Of a DNA stretch of 64,000 bases, positions 1 to 11,900 are shown piece after piece. The DNA is from Negaprion brevirostris (taxonomy: Eukaryota): contig JARDVH010000084.1 of assembly GCA_030324005.1 (NCBI GenBank), positions 55,597,894 through 55,661,893 of the forward strand, given 5' to 3'. How positions within the stretch are numbered: position 1 is the stretch's first letter; the number at the start of each line of letters is the position of its first letter. The notes under the pieces were generated by a model. That model saw nothing but the letters and a program-made list of their open reading frames with translations. It did not search any database and was not told where the DNA came from. Both the position numbers and the translations under genes were made by a program.

Positions 1-489
1 AGTGTTCTCTTCCCGTTGGGGAACACTTCAGCGGTCACGGGCATTCGGTCTCTGAGCTTCGGGTAAGTGTTCTCCAAGACAGCCTTCACGACACATAACA
101 ATGCAGAGTCGCTGAGCAGAGACTGACAGCCAAGTTCTGTACGCATAGGACGGCCTCAACTGGGATCTTGGGTTCATGTCACACTGTAACCCCCATGACT
201 TGCTTGGGCTTGCAAAATCTCACTAACTTTCCTGTCTGGAGACAATACACATCTCTAACCTGTGCTTAACACTCTCTCCACTCACATGGTCTGTACCCTT
301 AAGACTTGATTACCTGTAAAGATTGGTATTCCAACTATTATTTTGTAAATTGAGTTTGTGTCTTTATATGCCCTGCTTGTGAACAGAACTTCCACTTACC
401 AGACAAAGGAGCAGCAGTTCAAAAGCTAGTGGCTTTTGCTTCCAAATAAACCTGTTGGACTTTAACCTGATGTTGTGAGACTTCTTACT
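1..489 (+). mobile_element. Penelope-like element, 3' fragment (GIY-YIG endonuclease C-terminus plus pseudo-LTR with decayed hammerhead-like core)
   Basis: Degenerate translation LPVGEHFSGHGHS...LRVSVLQ...AEQRLTAKFCTH...GLNWDLGFMSH resembles the PLE GIY-YIG C-terminus. Bases ~380-489 match the hammerhead-like units at 19707 and 55717. Confidence 0.8.
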
Positions 490-518
490 ATGATTTTATG
501 TCAGAGTCCTATTTATCA

Positions 519-2058
519 ACTATAGCTCAACCTTCAACACCATTATTTCTGCAAAACTCACCTCACCTCCAAAACTCTGTGGCCTGGGGCTCGGGTTCTC
601 CCTCTGCAACTGGATCCTGGACTTCCTAACCCACAGACCGCAATCAGTAAAGATACGCAACAATATCTCCTCCGTGATCATCCTCAACACCGGTGCCCCA
701 CAAGGCTGTGTCCTCAGCCCCTTACTATACTCCTTATACACCTATTACTGCATGGCCAAATTCACCTCCAACTCGATTTTCAAGTTTGCTGATGAGACCA
801 ACTGTAGTAAGTCAGATCGCGTAGAAGCATAGAGTCCCCACACTGCAGAAGGATGCCATTTGGCCCATCAAGTCTGCACTGACCACAATTTCACCCAGGT
901 CCTAGCCCTGTAACCCCACATATTTACCCTACTAATCACCTGACACTAAGGGGCAACTTAGCATGACCAAACAACCCTAACCAACATTTCTTTGGACTGT
1001 GGGTGGCTCCATGAAGACACAAGGAGAACGTCCAAACACCACACAGACAGTGACCCGAGGCCAGAAATGAGCCCGGGACCCAGGTCCTGGAGCTGTGAGG
1101 CAGCAGTGCTAACCACTGTACCATCATGCTGCCCATCTCAAACAATGACAAGATGGATTACAGGAAAGAGATAAAGAATCTGGTGATCTGGNNNNNNNNN
1201 NNNNNNNNNNNNNNNNNNNNNNNNNNNNNNNNNNNNNNNNNNNNNNNNNNNNNNNNNNNNNNNNNNNNNNNNNNNNNNNNNNNNNNNNNNNTCCCAGCTT
1301 TTCATACTCCCTCCCCAGATCCTCAGTTCGCATTTTGCCTACATCGTTGGCACCCACATGTACCACAAAGGAGATAGTCATCAACTTCAGAAACCATAGT
1401 GGAGGTCATGTCCCTGTCAGCAAAGGGGGTGAACTCGAAATGGTCGAGAGCTTCAAGTTTTTAGGTGTCTTGATCACCAACAACCTGCCCTAGTCCCCCA
1501 TGCCGACACTATAGTTAAGAAAGCCCACCAATACTACTTTCTCAGAAGGCGAAAGAAATTTGGCATGTCAGCTATGATTCTCACCAACTCTTACAGCTGC
1601 ACCATAGAAAGCATTCTTTCTGTTTGTATCACAGCTTGATATGCTCCTACTCTGTCCAAGACTGCAAGAAACCACGAAGGGTCATGAACGAAGCCCAGTG
1701 CATCATCAAATCAACCTTCCATCCACTGACACTATCTTAACTTCCCACTGCCTCGGAAAAGCAGCCAGCATAATTAAGGATCCCACACACCCCGGGTGTA
1801 TTTTCTTCCACCGGGGAAAAGATACAAAAGTCTGTGGACACATACCAATTGACTCAAGAACAGTTTCTTCTCTGCTGCCATCAGGCTTTTGAATAGGCCT
1901 CCCTTGCATTAAGTTGATCTTTCTCTACACTCTAGTTATGACTGTAACACTACATTATGCACTCTCTCCTTTCCTGCTCTATGAACAGTATGCTTTGCTT
2001 GTAAAGCACACAAGAAACAATGCTTTTCACTGTATACCGATAATGAATCAAATCAAAT
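519..2058 (+). mobile_element. Rex1/Babar-type LINE, 5'-truncated RT and 3' end, interrupted by a SINE
   Basis: Degenerate RT motifs [35 protein letters not shown] and KFADET; (AAATC)n tail at ~2046-2059; homologous to 8697-9540. Confidence 0.85.
821..1134 (-). mobile_element. HE1-type tRNA-derived SINE with CR1-derived tail, nested in the Rex1 copy
   Basis: Minus strand starts GGGCAGCATGATGGTACAGTGGTTAGCACTGCTGCCTCACAGC. The Rex1 sequence resumes on both sides, with a short imperfect duplication (ATCGC/ATCTC). Confidence 0.9.
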
Positions 2059-2499
2059 CTTCATGCCAACGAAGCTTCATCACCAGCTGGTGATGCTGAA
2101 GTACAATTTCGGGTGAATCCTTTCCCCAGTGCTTTTCTCTGAACAGCTTCTTTATGGGCTTGCACCTCATCATCCAGTCAGGACTGTAACTTAAAGTCTG
2201 CATGTGTAGGAAACAAACCTTACCATTCAACATACCAAACTAAATAATTAATTTAAATAAAGATATCTATTATTTTCAACTGTTATCATTTCACAAAATC
2301 AAATTCTGCTTTCCAGGCTTTAGCACAATTGTTTTCATGGTACACGTCACTTCAAACAACAAAGTGGTTTTTACAGAGAGCACCTATTGGTTGAATAAAA
2401 CCAGCCTTAAGGTAGATTTTTATGAGTAGATTTACATCAAAATTAACACATCTCTCTCAATAGTGCCTGATATTCAAATCTGTCACACAAAATTGTTTC

Positions 2500-3760
2500 A
2501 GTACAGAATGAGGCAATTCAGCCTGTCACCTATGCTGCTCTCCAAAGGAGCAATTCACCGACAGCCAATCCAATGCCTCTTCTCGATAACTCAGCGTACT
2601 CTGCCTTTTCTGGTAATAAGTGAATTCCTTCTTGACCCGGCCTCCACCACACTCTGATGCAGTACATTCCAGAGCTTAACCATTCAGTGTGAAAAGTGCT
2701 CTCTATTGATTCTTGTGCCAGTTACTGTGCATTCTCATTCTCTATCCTTCCACCAGCTGAAGCTATTTTTCCCTATGTATCCTGTCTAGACATCTCAATT
2801 TTAAATACCTCTACCATATCTCATTTCAACTTTCTCTGCTCAAGGGAAAACAATCCCAACTTTCCTCATCCCTGAAACCATTTTCATGAATCTTTTCTGC
2901 ATTTTCTCTAATGTCTTCACATCTTTTCTAAAGTGTGGCAGTCTCCAGTTGAGGTTGAACCTGTGTTCTACGCAAGTTTAACATTATCTCTTTGTTCTTG
3001 TACTTTATGCCCTTATTAGGATGCTGTCTACCTTATCGACTGCTCTCTCAACCTGTTGTGCCACCTTCAATGAGTTAGATAATTAGGAGCAGGAGTAGGC
3101 AATTCAACTCCAAGTCTGCTCCACCAGCTAATACGATCAAGGCAGATCTCACCTCAGCCTCGTCTCCACCTTTCCACTCACTCACCAAACCCCTCTGTCC
3201 CGCTACTAATTAAAAACCTATCTCCTCCTCAAATTTGTTTAGAGTTCCTGCATCCACTGCACTCTGGAGTGGAGAATTCCACAGATTCATGCCCCTTTAA
3301 GTGAAGTAATTCTCTTGATTTCTGTTTTAAATCTGCCACCTCTTAGCCTAAAACTATGGCCTCTCGTTGTGGAATGTCCAACAAGGAGAAACATTCACTC
3401 TACATCTACCCTGTCATCCCCTTTAGCAATCCCCTTAATTAGATCTCTCAATCTTCTAAACTCCAGCAAGTATGGGCCTAAACTGCTCAATATCCCTTCA
3501 TAAGACAAGTTCTTCATCCCTAGAATCAATCTAGTGAAACTTCTCTGAACCACCTCTAATGGCTTTACATCCTTCCTCACATAAGGGAACCAAAACTGTG
3601 CGCAGTACTCCAGATGCAGTCACACCAATAAAGTTTTAACAACATCTCCTTACTTTTATAGTCTATTCCATTAGGAACGAATGCCAAAATTTCATAATGC
3701 ACATGACGCCCAAGTCCTTCTGCTTCTGCAACCCTTTCACAATCATATTCTTTATTTGAT
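2500..3760 (-). mobile_element. CR1 (HER1-like) LINE 3' fragments; a younger copy at ~3078-3690 lies within an older one
   Basis: ORF 3395-3580 LEVVQRSFTRLILGMKNLSYE...LEFRRLRDLI is the CR1 ORF2 C-terminus; CR1 3' end GGAGCAGGAGTAGG at ~3085. Confidence 0.8.
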
Positions 3761-5039
3761 ATTGGGCCATAACCTTCGAGCTCCAGAATTAGTAGGGGAA
3801 TCCCCTTCAGAAATTCACTGGTATGGTTTGAACAGCAATTGCCTAGAAGTGAAAACTTCCCTTGGTTTAAATCACAATCTTTAGGTTACATCAACTAGGT
3901 TACATCAATTGTTAGCCAGAAAAAGAAAGACAAATTAAAACCACTTGTAATTTCTGGGCAAATGTTGCACATATTCAGACCTACCTCCAATTTGGTACTC
4001 CCCCAAAATCTTGGCCATCACTCCCCCTGCCCCACTACGGGTTTCCCCATTTCCTCCAATCCCCCTATGTAACTGTCCCACACCCTCAGCCCCAGGAGTC
4101 TACCAGTTTTGACACAAAGAGCAAGAGGAAACAACCTGTGTTAAAAAGGCCCTCTCCCAGGGGACCCACCACAGCACCCCATTCACTCCCAGCTGGGCCC
4201 CACCCACACTCTCAACTAGACCTCCCCCCAACTCTAACAGTCCTACCTAAAAGAGGCCAACTCTGACAGTCCTCTGTTCTGACCTCCTGTCCCATTCTGG
4301 GATGGAGATTGCCACTCTGAGGAAGTCACAGGCCGATAAATTCACAGTTAAATGCAGAAATCCAGAAGTTGTTCAGCGTTTACATACTCCTTCCGAGGGT
4401 GAGCTGTTGAAGAATCACCAAATTGCAATCAATTGGAAATCTATGAACTGACAAGAACTTTGAGAGACCGCTTTGAAAAGAACACTTCTAGTCTCACAAA
4501 TACTTCTGAAAAGTTATAATTTGCTGAAGGGTAACATGCTTTTAAATAACAAACTAACTTTATAATTAATGCCAAACAACCTCACTGATGCTGAAGTGAT
4601 GATGTTGAATGTTAAGTTATTCAATTATGATAGGAAATTCAACACATTTTAATTTTAAGTTTTTGATTGTTTAACTTCTACCTTAATCCCATGTTCATAA
4701 TCTAGTAATTTATTTCTTGATCTACCTGTAAAAAAAACATTTAAAAATGAAGTGAAGGAACACAAAGATTTTTACTATCTGGTTTGCTGTTGGTTAGAAT
4801 ACTTCAATACAATTGGCTGCTTACCATGCTGGATGGTATCATTGCTGCTGCCGGCCCGGAAATCTTTTTGACTTGAAATCAGAAAAGGGGGAAATTCACA
4901 GCACGGAGAACTTTGTGAACAGCTTTCTTCGAGTTCTGCGGTGCACGCCGGTGACCATCAAAATTTGTTTACGCATAGCCAGTCTGGTCTGTCTATTTAC
5001 ATTTTAATTTGTGGATTTAAAAGAAACTGCTCTTTAACA

Positions 5040-5540
5040 AAAAAACGATTAAAACTCAAACAGCGGCAAATAACACAATCTCGTCTTCTTCACGAACACT
5101 TGCTGCACGGAACCAAGTCGCTTGCTGCCGCCTTGCAAGGCACTTTCTAGCACCCTGCTAGGGCGCCTGCGTGCAAGGGGAAGCGAGCAGGTTCTCGGGC
5201 CGTTGGCGACGGTTGGTGACAGGAAGACAGCCCATCCCCCACCGCCACCTCCTACCGACCGAAACAGCACCTCAGGTAACCCATAACGAGCGCAATTAAA
5301 CCACACCACACCAGAGAGAGAAAAATATGCGCAACGGTTGTACTAAATTGTACTTTCGTCGATGGATCAGTCACAAAAAGATGAGGGTTTTTTTTGAGAG
5401 AATAAAATTAGCATTCATCGGAAATAACTTTGGAGCGGAACACAGTGTTTCGTGCACATGTGGCTTGGTGTATAATAACAGAGTCGGCATAATGCATGTG
5501 TGGTCCACTGTGCTTGCTGCAGACGGATCCATTGAAACCT
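5040..5540. promoter_or_regulatory. CpG-rich island, candidate promoter or regulatory element
   Basis: Dense unmutated CpGs in a CpG-depleted window; no recognisable repeat; + strand donor-like CAG|GTAAC at ~5273-5280. Confidence 0.45.
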
Positions 5541-5607
5541 CAGCCCATAAGTGGTACCGGTGATGTTACTTTGCACATGTGGTTTGGTACAAAGTATGTT
5601 TGAAAAA

Positions 5608-5613
5608 TTTATT
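5608..5613 (-). terminator. glis1: Candidate glis1 polyadenylation signal AATAAA
   Basis: Minus strand reads TGTAAATATTGCAGAAAATAAA at the end of an AU-rich stretch ~1.8 kb after the stop codon. Alternative AATAAAs lie at ~6277 and ~6424. Confidence 0.55.
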
Positions 5614-6404
5614 TTCTGCAATATTTACAAACATATGTTGTATTGCTGTGAGGTCTGAAACGGCTTGGCAAGTACTTTAGGCATAGATAACAACAAATAT
5701 AATTCCATTAACAGCGTGCTTTTAATAATTCCTTCAACAAAAATTATATAAAAATGCAAAATGTCAAATGAATACTCAAAATTCCCTCTTACATTATGTA
5801 CATTTTGTTGATGCAAACATTTTTGTACAAAAGGTGAATTCGGTAGCTTTAATGAGACTGGGAACACTTGAAATTAAAATAAAAAGTAACACATTCTTTA
5901 CAAACCTATACCCATGATATTTTACAATTAGCAAGAAAAACAAGTGATGAACAAAAGTTACAAAGTAGAGTGCTTTCTTTGCACATCTGTATGCCTGAAG
6001 CATTAGTATCAAAAGTGCAATAGCAACAATATATTTCATACTATTGGTTAAAAAACACATTGCAATCTGAAATGAGACAAACTCCTAGAAATGTTTAGCA
6101 AGCCAGTCCTTTCCCATTTTCCCATGTTACATTGGGTCACCACAATGCTTGTTGATCACCTTCATATCAATCAATATTTTTGATTAGGCAGGTAGTTTTA
6201 CAACTTGATGCCCTTCCTGTCACCAAACCACTCAATTAAACCAGGCTGGGGATCAGCATTCATACACACTGGCTGTTTATTTTTTGTGTGGACAAGTGGA
6301 GGAGTGGAACTTGAACTCAACTTTCTGGCTCACAGTTAGGAAAGGTAACCCACTGAGTCACTTACTCTAGCTCCCTGCTGACTAAGCCAGTGACTGATGA
6401 AAAA

Positions 6405-6585
6405 GACAACAAAAACATTTGGCTTTATTATAGCATCTTTAGTGAAACAAAACTTCCCAAGAGACTTCACAGAGGCGTGAGAAATGGGAGACTAAGCCAA
6501 AGCAATAAGGTTATGGGGTTCAACTAAAAAAGTAGTCAAAAAGATGGATTTTAACAATATTTTCAAGGCACAGAGGGATGGGGAT
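6405..6585 (-). mobile_element. L2 LINE 3' end relic
   Basis: Reverse complement resembles the L2 terminus also seen at 34630-34696 (GTGAAG..CTTGGGA.GTTTT...GCTAT). Confidence 0.5.
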
Positions 6586-7426
6586 TAAATTATGGCTGAG
6601 CATTTAAGCATTAAATTAGCTTTGAGACTCTGTTTGGCCTGTGCACTTCCAACATTTGTGACTTATAACTATTATGTATAATGTATAATGAAAGCTATTG
6701 GTTAAAAAAAAACACTGCTCTTATCTCTGTTGTAAACAAGATTGAATAACGGTGTTGGTCTCAAGTCAAAAATAGTGGAGATTTGGGGATGGATGCATAT
6801 TTTGAGTTTTGCTTCATTATAGTTGAAAATTGGAAGTTTTGCATAAATATTCCCTTGAGATTAAATGGGTGGGACATAGTACATATTATTAGGCCAAATA
6901 ACTTTTTCATATTCTATATTATTTAGTGTTAACATTGCTAAAGCTTCCCTGATTATTAATTCAAATCATAATAAAATATGCAGTTTTTGTTCCTTTTCTG
7001 TAAACATTTCCATTTTGAACATCTGGGGATAAAATTGATCATTTTAACAGAGGTCTTATACAATTAGTCAAAATGATGGGTTGGATCCAACAACTTGTTG
7101 ATGAACATTAATAGTTTTATGCTGTTTTGAGGCTTGAATTCATAATTCCAGCCGATGATTCATTTGACACACAGTGACAGGCTTTTGAGCACTGTACAAT
7201 AGAACTGCACAGCAATTTGTTAACGCACCATAACATCTACCTTTCATGATTTCATTTTAGATGTTGATTATTGGAGTTGGCAAATAGTCGGATGTTGGAA
7301 TGTAATCCAATACATTGAATAATTCAATATAATTGTTTAATATTTGGTCTTTGTATGTAATTCAAGCAGAGATGTGCCAAACAGTTGCTAGTTCAATCGG
7401 GAAGACACAGCTGAAAGACATTGATT

Positions 7427-7563
7427 TCAGGTCTCTGTGTAAACAGAGGACAGCTGACTTAGACAACGGTCAATGGTGTTGACCTGGAAGAGTCCATTGT
7501 CTTCTAGCTCATTATGGAGTGTTTCTCCGAATGTACCTTGAGATTCCGGAACAATGTCAAAAC
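7427..7563 (-). CDS. glis1: GLIS family zinc finger 1, last coding exon
   Basis: Acceptor TTCCATCCACAG|GT, phase 1, 137 nt: GFDIVPESQGTFGETLHNELEDNGLFQVNTIDRCLSQLSSVYTET*. This matches the GLIS1/GLIS3 C-terminal motif D(R/H)C...SS/SI-YT(E/D). Confidence 0.9.
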
Positions 7564-8696
7564 CTGTGGATGGAATTCCATAAGTATAGTATTAAGAGTG
7601 TGTAATACATAATAGTCGTAATTTTGCAAACCTTCAGTCCCAGTATGGAGCCTCATAGGTTGGAGCACAAATCAGAAATAGAGAAAGGGCCATAGGGCTG
7701 ACTTACAACCCATGCTCTCATCTCGTAAGACTCCACACCAGGTCTTTTGTCTCACAAAGTTACCGTTAATGAGATAACTTTGAAAAGTGACAGAGAGAAA
7801 AGTCGGTCGAACAAACCTTGACAACAGCTTAGAATTATTCCTTTTACCAATTGCTACTTTATTTCTATGTTACAGAAGATGGAGGATGTGTATACCAAGG
7901 AATGAAACAACCTTTCTGTTTATTGTACCAATTAATAATTGATTAGATGACAATTAAAGTTCAGACGGTAAAGCTCAAAGAATGGGGAAGATTTTCTCTG
8001 GACTCTTTGTGTGTAACAAAATGTAAACCCATTCCTTACACATTTATCATACACAGCATATAAAGAAAATCTTTCTCCATTGTGCTTAAACTCAATCTCA
8101 AAAGAGTGAGCCCTGATGCAGTAATGTTTTATTTCCATATAGCCACAGTGTCATCTCTGAGTCAAATTGTATTTAGTGTCTTATTGTGCTGGAATAGTTT
8201 AATGCTGATGTTCCAAGCCATTAAGGACCAGATTGGGATCTGCTAAAAACATTTTACGTGGATCCTGTTGAGTTAACAGAGTATTTTCTAAATTTGGGCA
8301 AGTTTTGAATATAGTTTCTAAATGTGAAAGTGCAGTCTGCTTTCACTGAGTTCCCAAATAATTCTTACCTTAATGATGTTGCATGATACAGAAATGTTAC
8401 CAATCTAAAAAAAAATATAGATATATTGGAATTGGTAAATAGTCTTTGGATGTTGGAATACTGAATATAATTAATATTCAGCATTTGTGCATATTTCAAG
8501 CAGAGATGTGCCAGCCAGTTGTTAGACCTATCAGGAAATCACAGGTGAAAGACACTGGCCTAAATCTTTACTTTCAAGTTCACAGCATCTGGAAAATTCC
8601 CAACCCAAGAGAAATGTTCCCAAACAGCTGGGGGAGGGGGAGAGGAGAGGGGGGTGAAGGATGCCTGACCCCAGATATGGAGTAGATTAGAAAATC

Positions 8697-9540
8697 CCCT
8701 TCAATTGGATTTTCAAGTTTGCTGACGACACCACCATAGTGGATCGGATCTCAGACAATGATGAGACAGAATACAGGAATGAGATAGAGAATCTGGTGAA
8801 CTGGTGCAGCAACAATAATTTCGCTCAATGTCAACAAAACAAAGGAGTTTGTTATCAACTTCAGGAAACGTAAAGGAGGACATGTCCCTATCTACATCAA
8901 CGGGGTGAAGTAGAAAGGGTTGAGAGCTTCAAGTTTTTAGATCTCCAGATCTGTCCTGGTCCCCCCCCCATGTCGACACTATAGTTAAGAAAGCCCAATA
9001 ATGCCTCTACTTTCTCAGAAGACTAAGGAAATTTGGCATGTCAGCTACGACTCTCACCAACTTTTACAGATGCGCCATAGAAAGTGTTCTTTCTGATGTA
9101 TCACAGCTTGGTATGGCTCCTGCTCTGCCCAAGACTGGAAGAAACTACAAAAGGTCGTAAGTGTAGCCCAATCCTTCATGCAAACCAGCCTCCCATCTAT
9201 TGACTCTGTTTACACTTCCCGCTGCCTTGGCAAAGCAGCCAGCATAATTAAGGACCCCATGCACCCCAGAGTTTCTCTCTTCCACCTTCTTCTTTCAGGA
9301 AAAAGACACAAAAGTCTGAGGTCATATACCAACTGACTCAAGAACAGTTTCTTCCTGCTGCTGTCTTTTGAATGGACTTACCTTGCATTAAGTTGATCTT
9401 TCTGTACATCCTATGACTGTAACACTACATTCTGCACTCATTTCCTTCTCTATGAACGGTATGCTTTGTCTGTAGAGCGTGCACGAAACTATACTTTTCA
9501 CTGTATGTTAATACATGTAACAATAGTAAATCAAGTTAAA
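8697..9540 (+). mobile_element. Rex1/Babar-type LINE, 5'-truncated
   Basis: KFADDTTIVDRISDNDETEYR motif; co-linear with 770-2058. Confidence 0.85.
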
Positions 9541-9959
9541 TCTGGTCAGATTTAAAAGGAAAGCCTATAAGAAGTTCCTGCTGTGAAGGAGATGTAAGTG
9601 TTGCTGTTGCTCAGAGGAGATGCCAATCAACAGTCAGGTGAATATGAACTAATAGTTCTCTAACTGGTTGCTAACACTGGAAGAGTTGCCCATTATGGGC
9701 TTTCCATTGAAAAATATGTTCAGTGTTGCTGCCTGTTTAATTTTGATGTTTCTCATCCAATAGTGGGATAATGAGCGGTTGGAGCAAGGTAAGCTGAAGT
9801 TTTTCGGAGTTTGATGAGGGTTTGGTTTGGAGTATTGAGAGTTTTTACTGCTGTCTTTGGAGGTTTTAGCATATAGTCTTGAGTCTTTAGGTATTTGCAA
9901 TCTTGCGACATCTGAGATTTGTGTCACTGGTACTCTCCATGCAACGGTCAGGCCTGTTT

Positions 9960-10850
9960 AGACCATAAGATATAGGAGCAGAATTAGGCCATTCAGCCCA
10001 TCAAGTCTTCTCCGGCATTCAATCATGGCTGATGTGATTCTCATCCCCATTCTCCTGCCTTCTCCCTGTAACCATGATCCCTTTACTGATCAAGAACTTA
10101 TCCATCACTTTCTTAAAGACACTCAATGACCTGGCCTCCAAAACACTCTACGGCAATGAGTTCCACAGATTCATCACCCTCTGACTGAAGAAATTCCTCT
10201 TCATCTTTTCATTCTCAGGTTGTGCCCTCGAGTTCTAGTTTCTCTCAGTAGTGAAAACATCCTCTCCATGCCCACTTAATCTAGGCCTCTCAGTATTCCG
10301 TAAGTTTCAATTAGATCCCCCCCATCCTTCTAAACTCCACTGAGTATAGAACCAGACTCCTCAACCGCTCCTCAAATGACATACCCTTCATTTCTAGGAT
10401 CATTCTTGTGAACCTCCTCTGGCCCCCCTCAAAGGTCAGCACATCCTTCCTTAGGTATGGGGCCCAAAACTGCTCTCAATATTCCAAATGGGGTCTTCAA
10501 GAGCCTTTTACAGCCTCAGCAGTACATCTCTGTTATTGTATTCTCGCCTTCTAGAAATGAATGCTAACATTGAATTTGCCTTCCTAACTGCCAACTGAAC
10601 CTGCATGTTAACCTTGAGAGCCTTGAACCAAGACTTCCAAGTTCTTTTGTGCTTCAGATTTACGAAGCCTTTCCCCAGTTAGAAAATTGTCTACACCTCT
10701 CTTCCTACCAAAGTGCATAATCTCACACTTTCCCAAACTGTATTCCATCTGGCACTTCTTTGCCCATTCTCCTAGCCTCTCCAAGTCATTCTGCAAGGGA
10801 ATTCCTCAACACTACCCTCTACATATCTTTATATCATTTGCATAATTTGC
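9960..10850 (-). mobile_element. CR1 LINE 3' fragment
   Basis: ORF 10608-10796 QNDLERLGEWAKKCQMEYSLGKCEIMHFG; CR1 3' terminus at ~9960-10000. Confidence 0.9.
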
Positions 10851-10979
10851 ATCATTACGGATATAGGCTACTCAACAGTGAACACCTCCTCTGAGGAGGA
10901 CAGGCCTGGTGTTTGTAGGCATCACCTCAGAGCAGAGGTGCAAGTACCCTGTGCCTGAGCCAGCGGAGAGGGCAAGGTA

Positions 10980-11900
10980 GACATTCCTGCATAAGATGCC
11001 ACTACCCAGCTACCAGGATGTACAGGCAGCAATCCAACTACCAGGACATGACAGTGCTGCAGGAAGCTCCAGCTTTCAAGAGAAGCGGTCATGACCATCT
11101 GCCAGATGATTGGACCAGAGGAAGCCTCCAATTGTGTGGGTGGACACCCAATGCACGTTGCCCTCAAGGTCAGTGTCACACTTTCCAGGGCTCAGTGGGT
11201 GATCTTTGCAGAGTCTCCCAGCCAGCTGCACACAGCTGTGTCAAGCTGGTGACTGATGCTCTGTTCAGATGGATAAGAACATTCCTCTATTTCAGGAATG
11301 GATCAAGTCAGCCAGGCTGAGGGGGCCAGAGGCTTTACTGCAATTGCAGAATTCCCCAACATCCAAGGGTGCCACTAATTGCACCCATGTGACCATCAAA
11401 CTTTGTCAAAAGGAACGCATTTCACTCCATGACTGTTCAGATAGTTTGTGACCACAGGTCCCAGATTATATAAACTGTGTAAGATCCTCTGGCAGCCCCC
11501 ACGATGCCTAAAGACTGTACCGCTCACAAGGGCTGAGGCTGTTCACGGTTCAACAGATTGTTGCTGGGTGACATCAGCCACCCTTGAAAAGGTGGCTGAT
11601 GATGCCTTTCAGGCACCCAAGGAGAGAGGCAGAGGAAAGATATAATTGCTGCCATGTCTCCACAAGGGGTGGAGAGGACAGTAGGTCTGCTGAAAATGAT
11701 GTCTTAATGCCTGGACCGCTCTAGAGAGCGTTCTGCAATATTCACCTAGTATCATTGTCTGCTGTGCTCTTCATAGTTTTGCTCCCTCTATGGAGATCCA
11801 CTGGACCAGGAGGACACTGAAGCAGGCGTATCTACCTCAGAGGATGAATCAAATGAAGACTCAGATGCAGAACCTGGACATGCAGATTGCGAGAATAAAG
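10980..11900 (+). pseudogene. Harbinger (PIF/HARBI1-like) transposase relic
   Basis: Motifs FQGSVGDLCRVSQPAAHSCVKLVTDALFR and FPNIQGATNCTHVTIK (GAIDCTH-like); acidic tail; many stops and frameshifts. Confidence 0.8.

Larger units (their letters stand above)
5590..7426 (-). other. glis1: Putative glis1 3'UTR
   Basis: AU-rich sequence between the TGA (7429-7427) and the candidate polyA signal; contains TE relics at ~6095-6585. Confidence 0.55.

Noticed and set aside
2048-2233. Minus-strand ORF with acceptor-like TTCCTACACATGCAG, as a possible exon of a downstream gene
   Set aside because: No recognisable protein similarity and no convincing donor.
7365-7482. + strand frames MCQTVASSIGK... and MCQPVVRPIRK... 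in the duplicated segments
   Set aside because: Short, antisense to the glis1 last exon/UTR, and explained by the duplication.
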